NCBI GenBank assembly: GCA_050253075.1
Contig: JBFWJS010000004.1
Coordinates: 213,685-277,684, forward strand
Reading direction: 5' to 3'
Length of the DNA: 64,000 bases
Source: Deferribacterales bacterium
Lineage (GTDB): Bacteria > Chrysiogenota > Deferribacteres > Deferribacterales > Geovibrionaceae
Below the pieces are notes generated by a model. That model did not search any database, was not told the origin of the DNA, and saw only the letters and a program-made list of their open reading frames with translations. The translations under genes and the position numbers were made by a program. Position 1 is the first letter of the stretch; the number at the start of each line of letters is the position of its first letter. Positions 10,037-20,122 of this stretch are shown here, piece by piece.

Positions 10037-10100
10037 GTCATCCTGAACATTTATGTGAAGGATCTGAAACCCACAGATTTTTCACTCTGCTCAGAATGAC
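10037..10100. repeat. CGTC/TGTC-type palindromic (REP-like) repeat, copy 1
   Basis: GTCATCCTGA...GAAGGATCT ... AGATTTTTC...TCAGAATGAC; similar to the copies at 21007, 46316 and 54788. Confidence 0.75.
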
Positions 10101-10136
10101 CCAATGAATATAGATACGGAATTTGGAGGCAAATAT

Positions 10137-11009
10137 ATGTTTAACGGAAGTTACGTTGCCATAGTCACGCCATTTCTCGATGGAAAAGTAGACGAGGCGA
10201 CACTCAGAAAACTGGTTGACTACCAGATCGAAAAAGGGACAGACGGCATTGTGCCATGCGGTACATCAGGCGAGTCTGCCACACTCACACACGAAGAACA
10301 CTGTCAGGTCATCGACATAGTCATCGACCAGACAAAAGGCCGTGTACCCGTTGTTGCGGGCGCAGGCTCAAACTCCACACACGAGACAGTTTTCCTTACA
10401 GAGCACGCCAAGAAGGCAGGAGCCGACGGTGCGCTTCTCATCACACCTTACTACAATAAACCTTCTCAGGAAGGACTTTATAAACATTATAAATATGTCG
10501 CAGAGAGAGTGGACATCCCGATAATAATGTATAACGTTCCGGGACGTACTGCTTGTAACATGCTCCCCGACACAGTTATAAAACTCTCCCAGATACCTAA
10601 CATCGTATCTGTCAAAGAGGCGAGCGGCTCTATGGATCAGGCGGCAGAGATCATCAGCAACACAGCCGACGATTTCGGTCTCCTCGCAGGCGAAGATTCG
10701 CTTATCTTCCCTCTCCTCTCCATCGGCTCTAACGGTGTGATATCCGCATCCGTTAACGCATGCCCTGCGCTGGTAGCTGAGATGTACGATGCTTTCGCAG
10801 CGGGTAATCTTGAAAGAGCAAAAGAGCTTCACTTTAAGCTCCTCCCTCTTTTCAACTCATTCTTTATGGAAACAAACCCTGTGCCTGTTAAAAAAGCTCT
10901 CGAGCTTATGGGGCTCATCGGACCGGAGGTCAGACTGCCTCTCGTAGAGATGACACCTGAAGGCACTGCGAAGATGAAAGCCGTAATGGAGCAGGTCGGC
11001 ATATTATGA
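10137..11009 (+). CDS. dapA: 4-hydroxy-tetrahydrodipicolinate synthase
   Basis: GTSGES, PYYNKP, YNVPGRT, VKEASG; GGAGG RBS before ATG10137. Confidence 0.97.
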   Translation: MFNGSYVAIVTPFLDGKVDEATLRKLVDYQIEKGTDGIVPCGTSGESATLTHEEHCQVIDIVIDQTKGRVPVVAGAGSNSTHETVFLTEHAKKAGADGALLITPYYNKPSQEGLYKHYKYVAERVDIPIIMYNVPGRTACNMLPDTVIKLSQIPNIVSVKEASGSMDQAAEIISNTADDFGLLAGEDSLIFPLLSIGSNGVISASVNACPALVAEMYDAFAAGNLERAKELHFKLLPLFNSFFMETNPVPVKKALELMGLIGPEVRLPLVEMTPEGTAKMKAVMEQVGIL

Positions 11010-11812
11010 GCCTTATAAAGATAGCCGTTGTCGGCGCCGCAGGAAAGATGGGAAGACGCATAGTCTCTCTCATCACAGAAGATGCGAGATGCGAAGTCGC
11101 AGGTGCGCTTGAATACTCCGCATGTCCTTTCATCGGGCATGATGCGGGTGAAGTTGCGGGCTGCGGTAAACTCGGCGTAGAGATAACAGCCGACATAGAC
11201 AAGGCTTTCGAAGGATGCGATGTTTTCATCGACTTCACAGGTGCAGAGCCCACAATGGCAAATCTGCCGAAATATGCGAAAGCAGGCCTCCCTGCCGTTA
11301 TAGGCAGCACAGGCATAACATCCGAGCAGGCTAAAGAGCTGGAAAAGCTCTCCGCAGGCTTCCCTGTACTCTTCTCTCCTAACATGAGCGTGGGCGTAAA
11401 CCTCACTTTCAAGATACTGGAGATGGTGACAAAGGTCATCGGTGAGGACTGGGACATAGAGATAATAGAAGCTCACCACCGTATGAAGAAAGACGCTCCG
11501 AGCGGAACAGCAATGCGCATGGGCGAGGTTATCGCTAATGTGCTCGGACGTGATATAGAGAAAGACGGCGCATACTGCCGTCACGGTCTCATAGGAGAAC
11601 GTACCGACAAAGAGATCGGCATGCAGACACTCCGTGCGGGCGACATAGTCGGTGAACATACTGCTATGTTCTGTACAAACGGCGAGCGCATTGAGATCAC
11701 TCACAGAGCCCACACCAGAGACATGTTTGCCAAAGGCGCAATATCCGCTGCCTGCTGGCTGCACGGAAAGCCGAAGGGTTTCTACAACATGTTCGATGTT
11801 CTCGGCTTCTAA
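11006..11812 (+). CDS. dapB: 4-hydroxy-tetrahydrodipicolinate reductase
   Basis: GAAGKMG, EAHHRMKKDAPSGTA, RAGDIVGEH. Confidence 0.97.
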   Translation: MSLIKIAVVGAAGKMGRRIVSLITEDARCEVAGALEYSACPFIGHDAGEVAGCGKLGVEITADIDKAFEGCDVFIDFTGAEPTMANLPKYAKAGLPAVIGSTGITSEQAKELEKLSAGFPVLFSPNMSVGVNLTFKILEMVTKVIGEDWDIEIIEAHHRMKKDAPSGTAMRMGEVIANVLGRDIEKDGAYCRHGLIGERTDKEIGMQTLRAGDIVGEHTAMFCTNGERIEITHRAHTRDMFAKGAISAACWLHGKPKGFYNMFDVLGF

Positions 11813-11833
11813 ATATTTAAGTAAATCTACTTC

Positions 11834-11871
11834 AAGGCCGACCTTAGTTTAAAACTTTGGTCGGCTTTTTT
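11834..11871 (+). terminator. Intrinsic terminator of the lys/dap operon
   Basis: GGCCGACC...GGTCGGCT stem followed by a T-run. Confidence 0.75.
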
Positions 11872-11984
11872 ATTTGTTAAAATCTTTAACATTTACCTAA
11901 AATAACAACTACTTATAAAATTTAGTTTTGTAAAATAACTTTACATATTGTTACGGACAATATTCGTCTTATTATAAATTACAG

Positions 11985-12186
11985 ATGAAGGGTTCTGCAC
12001 TCTAAGCCAAAGAAGCAAAAGTCGGATGACCGACTGGACTCCTTTATCGAATTGCTGGAGCCACATTAAGACTCAGGCGCCGGGAATTAGTGATTTATTG
12101 GCACCAGTAGGTGTGATCACAGAGTATTTGTCTCAGTGGGACAACCAAACTATGGTCGGGCGGCTATACACCGTCCGGCCTTTTTA
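11985..12186 (+). ncRNA. Candidate structured small RNA (family not identified)
   Basis: GC-richer island with several hairpins, between a putative TTGTTA...TATAAA promoter and a strong terminator (GGTCGGGCGG...CCGTCCGGCC-TTTTT). Confidence 0.4.
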
Positions 12187-12302
12187 TTCCCTTAACAGGA
12201 CAAACACATTAGAAAATTCTATTTGGCGAGTGGCTGAAACGGCGGAATAACCGCCGAAAGGATATTAAAAAAACTTAGTGATTAGCCTGAAAGTGCAGTC
12301 TT

Positions 12303-13130
12303 CTAGTTTCGGCTGAGTATGATGACAGTGGACTCGTGACCGAAGCGTTCGGCATAGTCCTTTGCGGTATTGCCCAGGCTGTCTGTTAGGTTCTTGTCCC
12401 CGCCGATACCGATAAGCCCGAGAACTATCCTCGCATATCCCCTCTCTGCGGCATACATCATGGCTGTGCGCCCCTGATTATCCTGAAGGTTTGGCTTGGC
12501 TCCATGCTCGAGCATGATGTTTATCATCTGCTCATAGCCGTATCTGGCGGCCTGCATGAGAGGCGTCACGCCTTCAGAGTTCGCCTTGTTCGGGTCTGCC
12601 CCCCTTTCGAGAAGCATGGCTGCGATGGCTTCCTGTCTCTGCCTTGCGGCGTTTGATGTGGGTGTCACCCCGTCTTCGTTTGCAATGTCGGGGTCTGCCC
12701 CGTTTATGAGAAGTGCGTTCACGATGTCTGCGTTCCCACGCATTACAGCGAGGTTCAGTGCCGTGTTGCCGTATTTATCCTGAAAATTTATATCTGCGCC
12801 CTGACGTACGAGTTTTTTGAGAGATTCCGCATCTCCGCTCTGTGCTGCGTTCAGCATGCCTTCGCTCTTCTGCTCTCTCTCGCTGGGTTGTGGAGGTGTT
12901 GTGACGGCTGCGTTGTTGCTGACATTATTAGATCCTGAAACGATGTCCGTGGATGGAGCCTGTGCGGGCTCGCCCTCGGGTGCATCTGTGCGTGCCTTTG
13001 GTCTCCAGTCGGGATATATCACCTGCATTATCTTATCGACGATAATGGGGTCAGACATTCTGGAATCCGCAATCATAAAAATAATAATGCTGCCCAGCAG
13101 GACAACCAACAGAGCAATAATGGTCTTCAT
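12303..13130 (-). CDS. Ankyrin-repeat protein with N-terminal membrane anchor
   Basis: Repeated GxTPLxxAA/GADxN motifs and a hydrophobic N-terminus. Confidence 0.92.
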   Translation of the reverse strand: MKTIIALLVVLLGSIIIFMIADSRMSDPIIVDKIMQVIYPDWRPKARTDAPEGEPAQAPSTDIVSGSNNVSNNAAVTTPPQPSEREQKSEGMLNAAQSGDAESLKKLVRQGADINFQDKYGNTALNLAVMRGNADIVNALLINGADPDIANEDGVTPTSNAARQRQEAIAAMLLERGADPNKANSEGVTPLMQAARYGYEQMINIMLEHGAKPNLQDNQGRTAMMYAAERGYARIVLGLIGIGGDKNLTDSLGNTAKDYAERFGHESTVIILSRN

Positions 13131-13348
13131 ATTTTCCTCACACCGTATCTTACTAAAAATAAAATGAATTTAAAAGCCCGTTATTTACATCAGGCACTTA
13201 CCTATTGATTTTTTACCTTAAATATATTAAACCTCATCTCACGGAATCAGTTTCCTTAGAATAGAAATGTTCGAAGGGTACCTATCACCTGGCCTGCCTT
13301 AATCATCGACGACCATCTGATATCTACCTAACCTACGGGTGGTGTGTA

Positions 13349-15007
13349 ATGGGTTTTATATTTAATCCGGCTCTGTTTAAAGAGCTGCGGAACGGTTATT
13401 CAGTAAATAAATTGTCTCAGGATGTTGTAGCGGGAATAATAGTGGGCATAGTCGCCCTCCCCCTTGCTATAGCCTTTGCCATTGCTTCTGGCGTGTCGCC
13501 TCAGCAGGGTATATATACGGCTGTGGTGGCGGGCTTTGCCATCAGCTTTTTCAGCGGCAGTAAATTTCAGATAGGCGGCCCTACGGGGGCATTCATCGTG
13601 GTGGTCTTAAAGATAGTCACCGACCACGGATACAGCGGTCTCGCTATGGCTACGCTCATGGCGGGCTTCTTCCTCATACTCATGGGGCTGGCTAAGATGG
13701 GGAACGTCATAAAATTCATCCCATACCCTATGACAGTGGGCTTCACGGCGGGTATCGCCCTTATAATAGCCATCACACAGGTCAAAGACCTCTTCGGGCT
13801 GACCCTTGCGTCTGCTCCCGAGGGGCTCATCGACAGGATAGAGATATATGTGGAATCCGCATCTACTGTGAACTGGTACTCTTTCGCACTCGCGGCTTTC
13901 TGCATATTTGTGATACTCACATTCGGCAAGATCACGAGGAAAGTGCCCGGCTCGATAATAGCGATAATAGTTTCCACCGTTATAGTGCAGATGTTCGACA
14001 TACCCGTGGAGACCATAGGCTCACTCTTCGGCGATATACCGAGAGGTCTGCCGAAGCCTTCAATACCTGAATTCAGCCTGAGCCGTGTGCCTGACCTTAT
14101 AGGCCCGGCGCTGACGATAACGATACTCGGTGCAATAGAATCCCTTCTCTCTGCCGTCGTCGCCGACGGTATGAAGGGGACAAGGCACTGCTCCAACACT
14201 GAGCTGATCGGACAGGGGATAGCTAACATCCTCTCGCCTATATTCAGCGGTATCCCCGCTACAGGCGCAATAGCCAGAACAGCCACAAACATAAAGAACG
14301 GTGCATGCACCCCTGTTTCAGGTATTGTCCATGCGGCTACGCTCTTTACCATACTTATATTCTTTTCAGGATATGCAAAGATGATACCTATGGCATCGCT
14401 GGCTGCCGTACTGCTGGTGGTGGCGTATCACATGAGCGAGTGGAAACACTTCCTTAAACTGATGAAATCCCCAGCAACGGATATACTCGTCATGGTGGCT
14501 ACATTCCTGCTGACGGTGTTCGTAGACCTCACCATAGCCATACAGGTGGGCGTTGTGCTCTCTGCCCTGCTCTTCATGAACAGGATGTCCGCCACGACAG
14601 ACGCACACTACATCAGGGGATATTCCTCTGACACCCATAAAGATAATAATGATATAGACCCGTCCTCACTGCCTGAGGGGGTAGATGTTTTCGAGATACA
14701 CGGCCCATTCTTCTTCGGTGCTGCGAACCACTTCAAAGACACCATAAGCATAGTGGAGAAACCGCCGAAGGTGCTGATACTACGCATGAGGCATATCAAC
14801 ATGATAGACGCAACAGCCATGCGGGCTCTGGAGGACGTGATAGAAAAGGCATCGTCTGAAAAGACAACGCTGATGTTCTCCGGTGTCAGTAAAGAGCTTA
14901 TGGCAGTGCTGAAAAAGTCAGGAATAGATAAAAAGATCGGCACAGAGAACATATTCCCGCATATTAACGATGCTCTCACAGCGGCAGAATACTTAGTCAG
15001 ATCATAA
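13349..15007 (+). CDS. sulP: SulP-family inorganic anion transporter with STAS domain
   Basis: VALPLAIAFAIASG, QIGGPTGAF, ESLLSA, GPFFFGAA, IDATAM. Confidence 0.95.
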   Translation: MGFIFNPALFKELRNGYSVNKLSQDVVAGIIVGIVALPLAIAFAIASGVSPQQGIYTAVVAGFAISFFSGSKFQIGGPTGAFIVVVLKIVTDHGYSGLAMATLMAGFFLILMGLAKMGNVIKFIPYPMTVGFTAGIALIIAITQVKDLFGLTLASAPEGLIDRIEIYVESASTVNWYSFALAAFCIFVILTFGKITRKVPGSIIAIIVSTVIVQMFDIPVETIGSLFGDIPRGLPKPSIPEFSLSRVPDLIGPALTITILGAIESLLSAVVADGMKGTRHCSNTELIGQGIANILSPIFSGIPATGAIARTATNIKNGACTPVSGIVHAATLFTILIFFSGYAKMIPMASLAAVLLVVAYHMSEWKHFLKLMKSPATDILVMVATFLLTVFVDLTIAIQVGVVLSALLFMNRMSATTDAHYIRGYSSDTHKDNNDIDPSSLPEGVDVFEIHGPFFFGAANHFKDTISIVEKPPKVLILRMRHINMIDATAMRALEDVIEKASSEKTTLMFSGVSKELMAVLKKSGIDKKIGTENIFPHINDALTAAEYLVRS

Positions 15008-15017
15008 TCCGGTTCAT

Positions 15018-15047
15018 AAAAAAAGCCGTCTCAAACGAGACGGCTTT
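15018..15047. terminator. Bidirectional terminator between sulP and sfrA
   Basis: AAAAAAGCCGTCTC-AAAC-GAGACGGCTTT. Confidence 0.8.
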
Positions 15048-15070
15048 ATCATTATAACTATCAGTTATTA

Positions 15071-17320
15071 TTAGAAATCGCGTGATACAACCACAACACC
15101 TTTGGCGATGTTTGCGGATGTCTCTGCACCGGCATACTCTGCACCTTCACCTGCGAGAACTTCTTTCTCAATAGGGAAGAAATACTCTCTGCTCTCTGCT
15201 GTGGCAGCGAGGAAAGATTTAGCAGTGATGATGTTCGCATGGTAGCGTGGGTTCATGTATGTTACACATGTTTTTGCAGCAGGCTTGCTGTATGTGTAGC
15301 TTGTGGCGTTCCATGTGTTTGACTTAGCCTTAACAACTGAGCCGTCCACTTCGGAGTAGTCAACAGCAGGGAAGCCGTTCTTGCCCGCTACGTCTCCGTG
15401 GAATGTCTCAAAAGCACATGCCGTGATGGTCTGTCCCGCCATTCCGCCGAGCATAGATGCAGTCTGTACATGTGTCTTCTGTGTGCCTTTCGCTTCGACT
15501 ATTTTCTCAAGAGCTACGAGTCTGCCGTCGAGAGTCGTGAATGTTCCGACTGTTTCGAGTGCATCCTTCACAGGGATAATGACGTCAGCCATTGCCGCTG
15601 TGCCTGTTTTGAAGATGTCTGCTGCGATGTATGTTCCCGCTTTAGCGAAAGCGGATTCGAGTTTCTTAGCTTTGTCACAGTTAGGCTGTGCGTTGTATCC
15701 TGCTGTGATGAGCAGTTTGATGCTGCCTGCCGTGAGCTCTTCGGTAAGTTTCTCGGCTGTGTAGCCTGTGCGTACAAAGCCGTTTACCACTGCGCCCATG
15801 TAGTTGACCTGATCGTTTACAACGAATACGGATTTCAGCTTTTCCTGACCTATGAAGTCGCAGAAAGCGAGAACAGCATCGGCATCTGTGCCGGACTGGA
15901 TGTATTCGTCACCGATGATGACAGAAACCTTTTTCACTCTTGCGAGGTTAGCAGGAACATAAAGGTTGCGGTCGTTCTCTACATCGAAAACGTTAGGGTT
16001 AGGACGGTCAGCTTTTGGTGCAGGAGCATCTTTCTTAAGCTCTTCGAGTGCACCTGCGAAATCGCCGTACTCAGCCATTACAGTCTTTGTTGTAAAGAGG
16101 TCGTACTCGTACTTTTTAAGACCGGCAACATAGAGCTTCGCATCGTTGTGTACGATGGCGTTCATTATCTTATGCTTCACGCCTACTGCCTCTCTGCGGA
16201 GGTCAGAGCCGATGACAAAGATGATGTCGGAATCTTTGATGTCTTCAAGTGTTCCGATGTTTTCCATTGTGCCGAATTTAGCAGAGTATTTATCGTAGAA
16301 AGAGCCGAGGAGCATGTCTGTATCGGATACTATCTTAGAAGATCCGAGACCTGCCATCAGCTTTTTATATGCTGCGAATGCCTCGTTTGTGAGTGTGCTG
16401 CCTGCTACGAGTGCAACTTCGTCACCTTTAACGCCTGCGAGCTTATCTTTGAGAAGTGTCTGAACCTCTTCCCAGTTTGTCTCTGTCAGGCTGCCGCCGT
16501 TCTTAACCATAGGGTTGAGAGCTCTGTCGGCTGACTCGAGGTATTTGAAAGCAAATCTGTCCTGAGCGGAAATCTGACCGTTGCCGACAGCTTTTGCTCT
16601 GAGGACTTTGCCGTCCTTTGTGCCGTATTCCACAGCGCATCCGTCAGGGGAGAAGACAGAGGAAGTAACTTTCTCGTCCAGATCCCAGACTCTGGCTGCG
16701 TGGTGAAACTGAGCGTCAAGGAGAGCACCCACAGGACATCTGTCGATACAAGTACCGCAGAAGTCGCATGCGAGAGTGTCGCCCTTTGAAGGGACAACGT
16801 GGTTATAAAAGCCTCTGTCGTCCATAGCGAGGGCAGAGCATCCTGTCATCTCGTGGCAGGATTTCATACACTTTTCGCAGAGAACACAAAGGTTTGAGTT
16901 ATATACTATTTTATTCCATTTAACGATAGGCTCGGCAGGTTTTTCAGATGTTACCATCTCTTCTCTCATGCCGAACTCGAAAGCAGTATCCTGAAGCTCG
17001 CACTCGCCTGCCTTGTCGCATATAGGGCAGTCAAGGGGGTGCTTGATGAGGATAAAGTCGAGCATATCCTTTCTGTTTTTCCAGACGTAGTCGTTGTCTG
17101 TTTCGATCTTCATACCGTCTTTTGCGTATGTAACGCAAGCGGCCTGAAGTCTAGCAGCACCGTCAACCTGCACGAGGCAGAGTCTGCATGCGCCTGTAGG
17201 AGTGACATCCTTCAGGTAGCAGAGGGTCGGTATATGGATACCGTTTCTTTCGGCGATGTCGAGAATGGATTCGCCTTCGTCGAAAGAGTAGGAATTGTTA
17301 TTTATGATTATTTCAGCCAT
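15071..17320 (-). CDS. sfrA: NuoG/formate-dehydrogenase-alpha-like Fe-S protein (SfrA-like NADPH oxidoreductase alpha subunit)
   Basis: IPTLC, GACRLCLV, HPLDCPICDKAGECELQD, two ferredoxin motifs, degenerate molybdopterin-fold C-terminus; paired with a GltD-like gene. Confidence 0.75.
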   Translation of the reverse strand: MAEIIINNNSYSFDEGESILDIAERNGIHIPTLCYLKDVTPTGACRLCLVQVDGAARLQAACVTYAKDGMKIETDNDYVWKNRKDMLDFILIKHPLDCPICDKAGECELQDTAFEFGMREEMVTSEKPAEPIVKWNKIVYNSNLCVLCEKCMKSCHEMTGCSALAMDDRGFYNHVVPSKGDTLACDFCGTCIDRCPVGALLDAQFHHAARVWDLDEKVTSSVFSPDGCAVEYGTKDGKVLRAKAVGNGQISAQDRFAFKYLESADRALNPMVKNGGSLTETNWEEVQTLLKDKLAGVKGDEVALVAGSTLTNEAFAAYKKLMAGLGSSKIVSDTDMLLGSFYDKYSAKFGTMENIGTLEDIKDSDIIFVIGSDLRREAVGVKHKIMNAIVHNDAKLYVAGLKKYEYDLFTTKTVMAEYGDFAGALEELKKDAPAPKADRPNPNVFDVENDRNLYVPANLARVKKVSVIIGDEYIQSGTDADAVLAFCDFIGQEKLKSVFVVNDQVNYMGAVVNGFVRTGYTAEKLTEELTAGSIKLLITAGYNAQPNCDKAKKLESAFAKAGTYIAADIFKTGTAAMADVIIPVKDALETVGTFTTLDGRLVALEKIVEAKGTQKTHVQTASMLGGMAGQTITACAFETFHGDVAGKNGFPAVDYSEVDGSVVKAKSNTWNATSYTYSKPAAKTCVTYMNPRYHANIITAKSFLAATAESREYFFPIEKEVLAGEGAEYAGAETSANIAKGVVVVSRDF

Positions 17321-17339
17321 TTTTATCTACTCCGCTCGC

Positions 17340-19313
17340 CTATTTTTTTCCCAGTGCAACCATAGCCATGCGCACACATCTGAGGCATCTTGTAGCCTCT
17401 TCATATGCTTCGTTCAGAGTGTATGGTTTTTCAACTTCTTCGTAGTTATCCTTTCTGGCATCTCCGTCCATCTTTTCCTGATGTACTCTGTGGATGGAAG
17501 GTGTCTCCATTTCGCAGACCTTTTCGTTTTTATCAAAGGTTGCGCCTCTTGTTGTCTCGAGTGCTCTCTGGAGAGTCTCGGACTCTGTGAGGTAAGGCTG
17601 ACCCTCTGTGAGGTATCTGTCTATCATTGTGGAAGCCCAGCGAGCAGCACCGATAGCCTTAACAACTGTCATAGGACCCCACTCGCAGTCACCTGCGGAG
17701 AATATCTGCGGGTCTGTTGTGTCGTAAAGGTCGTCGCGCACTTTAAATGTGCTCCACTTTGTAACATCAATGCCGTCTTCTTCTTTAAGGAAGGAGAGGT
17801 CAGGGTCCTGACCGATGGCAGGGATGATGAAATCGCAGTCGATGATAAACTCAGAACCTTCAACAGGCTGTGGTCTTCTACGTCCTGATTCGTCAGGCTC
17901 ACCGAGTTCCATTCTCACTGCCTCACAACCGATAACCTTGCCGTTTTCGGCAACGACTCTTGTCGGGTTGCAGAGGAAGTGGAAGTTGATCCCCTCTTCG
18001 ATGGCGTCTGCGATCTCGTAATCTTCCGCAGGCATCTCCGCACGGGAACGTCTGTATATAAGGTTTACATCCGCAGCACCCTCTCTGAGAGCAACACGGA
18101 CGCAGTCGATAGCAGTGTTACCACCGCCGACGACAACTATCTTTTTACCTTTGACTTTTACGTCCTGACCGATCGCCTGCTCATAAAGGAAGTCGATACC
18201 GCCCGGGTAAACACCCTCGTGTCCGTCTTTCTCGCCCTCGATACCCATGGCCTTTGATCTCCATGCGCCGAGTGTGATGAGTACAGCGTCGTAGTTCTTT
18301 TTCATGTATGCGAGGTCTATGTCATCGTTTGGTCCGCCGAATTTTGTGTTGTACTGGATCTCAACACCGAGGGACTGGATGATCTCGCACTCGTGACGAA
18401 GTATGTGTCTAGGCTCGCGGTAGTCTGGGATACCCATGGCAACCATACCGCCGGGCTCGCCGCACATCTCATATATTTTAACATCGTAACCCATAAGGGC
18501 GAGGTAGTAAGCACCTGTGAGTCCCGCAGGACCTGCGCCGATGATACCGACCTTTTTACCTTTGGACTCCATCTTAGGAGGGAGCTCAGGGGTTTTGTTG
18601 TTGTAGTATTCGTAGTCGAAAGGAGTACGTTTAAGGACCATGATGCTAACCGGATCTTCGTCTACCAGTCCTCTGCGGCAGTTAGTCTCGCAAGGGTGAG
18701 GGCAGACACGTCCGCAGACACCCGGAAGGGGCATAGTCTTACGGATAGTGGCAAGAGCATCGATGTATCTGTGGTCTTTGATCTCTTCGATAAATTCAGG
18801 AATCGGAACATTCGCAGGGCAGCCCGCTGTGCAGGGAGCCGTGATATGCTTGTGATATTCGGCAGCGTTCTCGTCAACCTGTGCTTTGATCTGATCTCTG
18901 AACTCTCTGAGGAAGGCTCTCACAGGGACAGTTGATGTAGGAGCAACTGTACACTTCGCAGAATTAAAGATAGACTCGGCCATGTCGATAGCCTTGTCGA
19001 TGTCCTCGTCAGAGCACTGACCGGAGCGGATCTTTAAGAGCTGCTCGGCGAGAAGTTTCGTTCCCACTCGTCCAGGGAAGCAACGACCGCAGCAACCGTC
19101 GCTGCTGATCTCTTCCATATAGTTTGCAAGTGCGGAGAGCATGTCTACGTTTTCGTCGTAGACTAAGAAGCCGTCCCAGTTGATAAGGGCTTTGAGCGGC
19201 TTGCCTCTGTACTCGTCAGGAGTCTTGATAGGAGAATCACTCCACTCCTCCTTGCTTTTACCTCTGTTGTCTAGCTTGGTATCCTTATAGTACCCGTAGC
19301 AAATTTGTGCCAT
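17340..19313 (-). CDS. sfrB: GltD-like FAD/NADPH oxidoreductase with N-terminal NuoF-type 4Fe-4S domain (SfrB-like beta subunit)
   Basis: CCGRCFPGRVG, APCTAGCP, CGRVCPHPCE, GAGPAG, GGGNTAIDC, EATRCLRC; GGAG RBS before ATG19313. Confidence 0.8.
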   Translation of the reverse strand: MAQICYGYYKDTKLDNRGKSKEEWSDSPIKTPDEYRGKPLKALINWDGFLVYDENVDMLSALANYMEEISSDGCCGRCFPGRVGTKLLAEQLLKIRSGQCSDEDIDKAIDMAESIFNSAKCTVAPTSTVPVRAFLREFRDQIKAQVDENAAEYHKHITAPCTAGCPANVPIPEFIEEIKDHRYIDALATIRKTMPLPGVCGRVCPHPCETNCRRGLVDEDPVSIMVLKRTPFDYEYYNNKTPELPPKMESKGKKVGIIGAGPAGLTGAYYLALMGYDVKIYEMCGEPGGMVAMGIPDYREPRHILRHECEIIQSLGVEIQYNTKFGGPNDDIDLAYMKKNYDAVLITLGAWRSKAMGIEGEKDGHEGVYPGGIDFLYEQAIGQDVKVKGKKIVVVGGGNTAIDCVRVALREGAADVNLIYRRSRAEMPAEDYEIADAIEEGINFHFLCNPTRVVAENGKVIGCEAVRMELGEPDESGRRRPQPVEGSEFIIDCDFIIPAIGQDPDLSFLKEEDGIDVTKWSTFKVRDDLYDTTDPQIFSAGDCEWGPMTVVKAIGAARWASTMIDRYLTEGQPYLTESETLQRALETTRGATFDKNEKVCEMETPSIHRVHQEKMDGDARKDNYEEVEKPYTLNEAYEEATRCLRCVRMAMVALGKK

Positions 19314-19606
19314 TACACACTCCACGGAAATTTATGTTTATGCATTATTTATGCGCTTATACGGCAATGGTATACTGTATACAATTTCGTATAACACAAT
19401 TCTATATTCATGTCTATAACTTTATTATAGTTCGAATCATAACTGAAAAGGTCCTTTGAACCCCTGAAAAACTTTACTGGTTATACACTTTCGGGGACAA
19501 GATTACAACCCCATACATGAACTTATGCTCTACATTTTACATAACGGACTTTATTATGTTTACGGATAAGGCTACAATGTTTTATTATAGTGTCAGAGGT
19601 GTTTTT

Positions 19607-20122
19607 GTGAAAAAAGCTGCATATTTTTGTTTTTTTATATTTCTTACGGCGACATCATTCGCCTCAAAACTTGATATTAATATAATATATGAGGCATCCA
19701 GCATGAAGGTGAAAGAGACCGTCTGCGGATGGCAGCCTGACCTTTCAAAGGGGTATATCGATGCAGGTGAAGACTGTTATACAACAGGCTATACCCTTGA
19801 TGTACCTATGTTTGGCTTCACTTTCGAGCCCATATCCGGGCCTCTGCCTCAGGCCGCAAAGGTGGCTTACTATCTTTCATTTTTCGACTCTGTCGTACCC
19901 ACCGACGACCATGTGAAAACAGAGGTCATCAAGGACGGCAGCGTGAAGGAAACCATCAAAGGCGTTAAGCACGACAGAACCTTTCAGGGGCTGGCGATTC
20001 TGGATGCGGGCGAGACAATCCGATTCACTTCCAAGAATGAGCCTTCATACTATTACATTTATATAATTGCTGTTCTATTTGTCGGCGCAGGCGTGTTTCT
20101 CATCCTTAGGAAAAAGGGATGA
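19607..20122 (+). CDS. Hypothetical exported protein with C-terminal TM anchor
   Basis: GAGGT RBS plus GTG start, signal peptide, C-terminal hydrophobic stretch followed by RKKG. Confidence 0.7.
   Translation: MKKAAYFCFFIFLTATSFASKLDINIIYEASSMKVKETVCGWQPDLSKGYIDAGEDCYTTGYTLDVPMFGFTFEPISGPLPQAAKVAYYLSFFDSVVPTDDHVKTEVIKDGSVKETIKGVKHDRTFQGLAILDAGETIRFTSKNEPSYYYIYIIAVLFVGAGVFLILRKKG

Noticed and set aside
12082..12155. Partial resemblance to a c-di-GMP-II riboswitch (TTATTGGCACC...CAGTGGGACAACC)
   Set aside because: It lacks the GTGC pseudoknot partner and a clear kink-turn, and no same-strand gene lies downstream. Kept only as part of the unidentified sRNA candidate.
12026..12250. 74-aa ORF from the track
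   Set aside because: No RBS, no recognisable motif, and it runs through a strong terminator.
13240..13348. Possible ion-sensing riboswitch or uORF (MFEGYLSPGLP) upstream of sulP
   Set aside because: I could not match the fluoride, nhaA-I or DUF1646 consensus, and found no convincing structure or RBS. It needs an Rfam scan.
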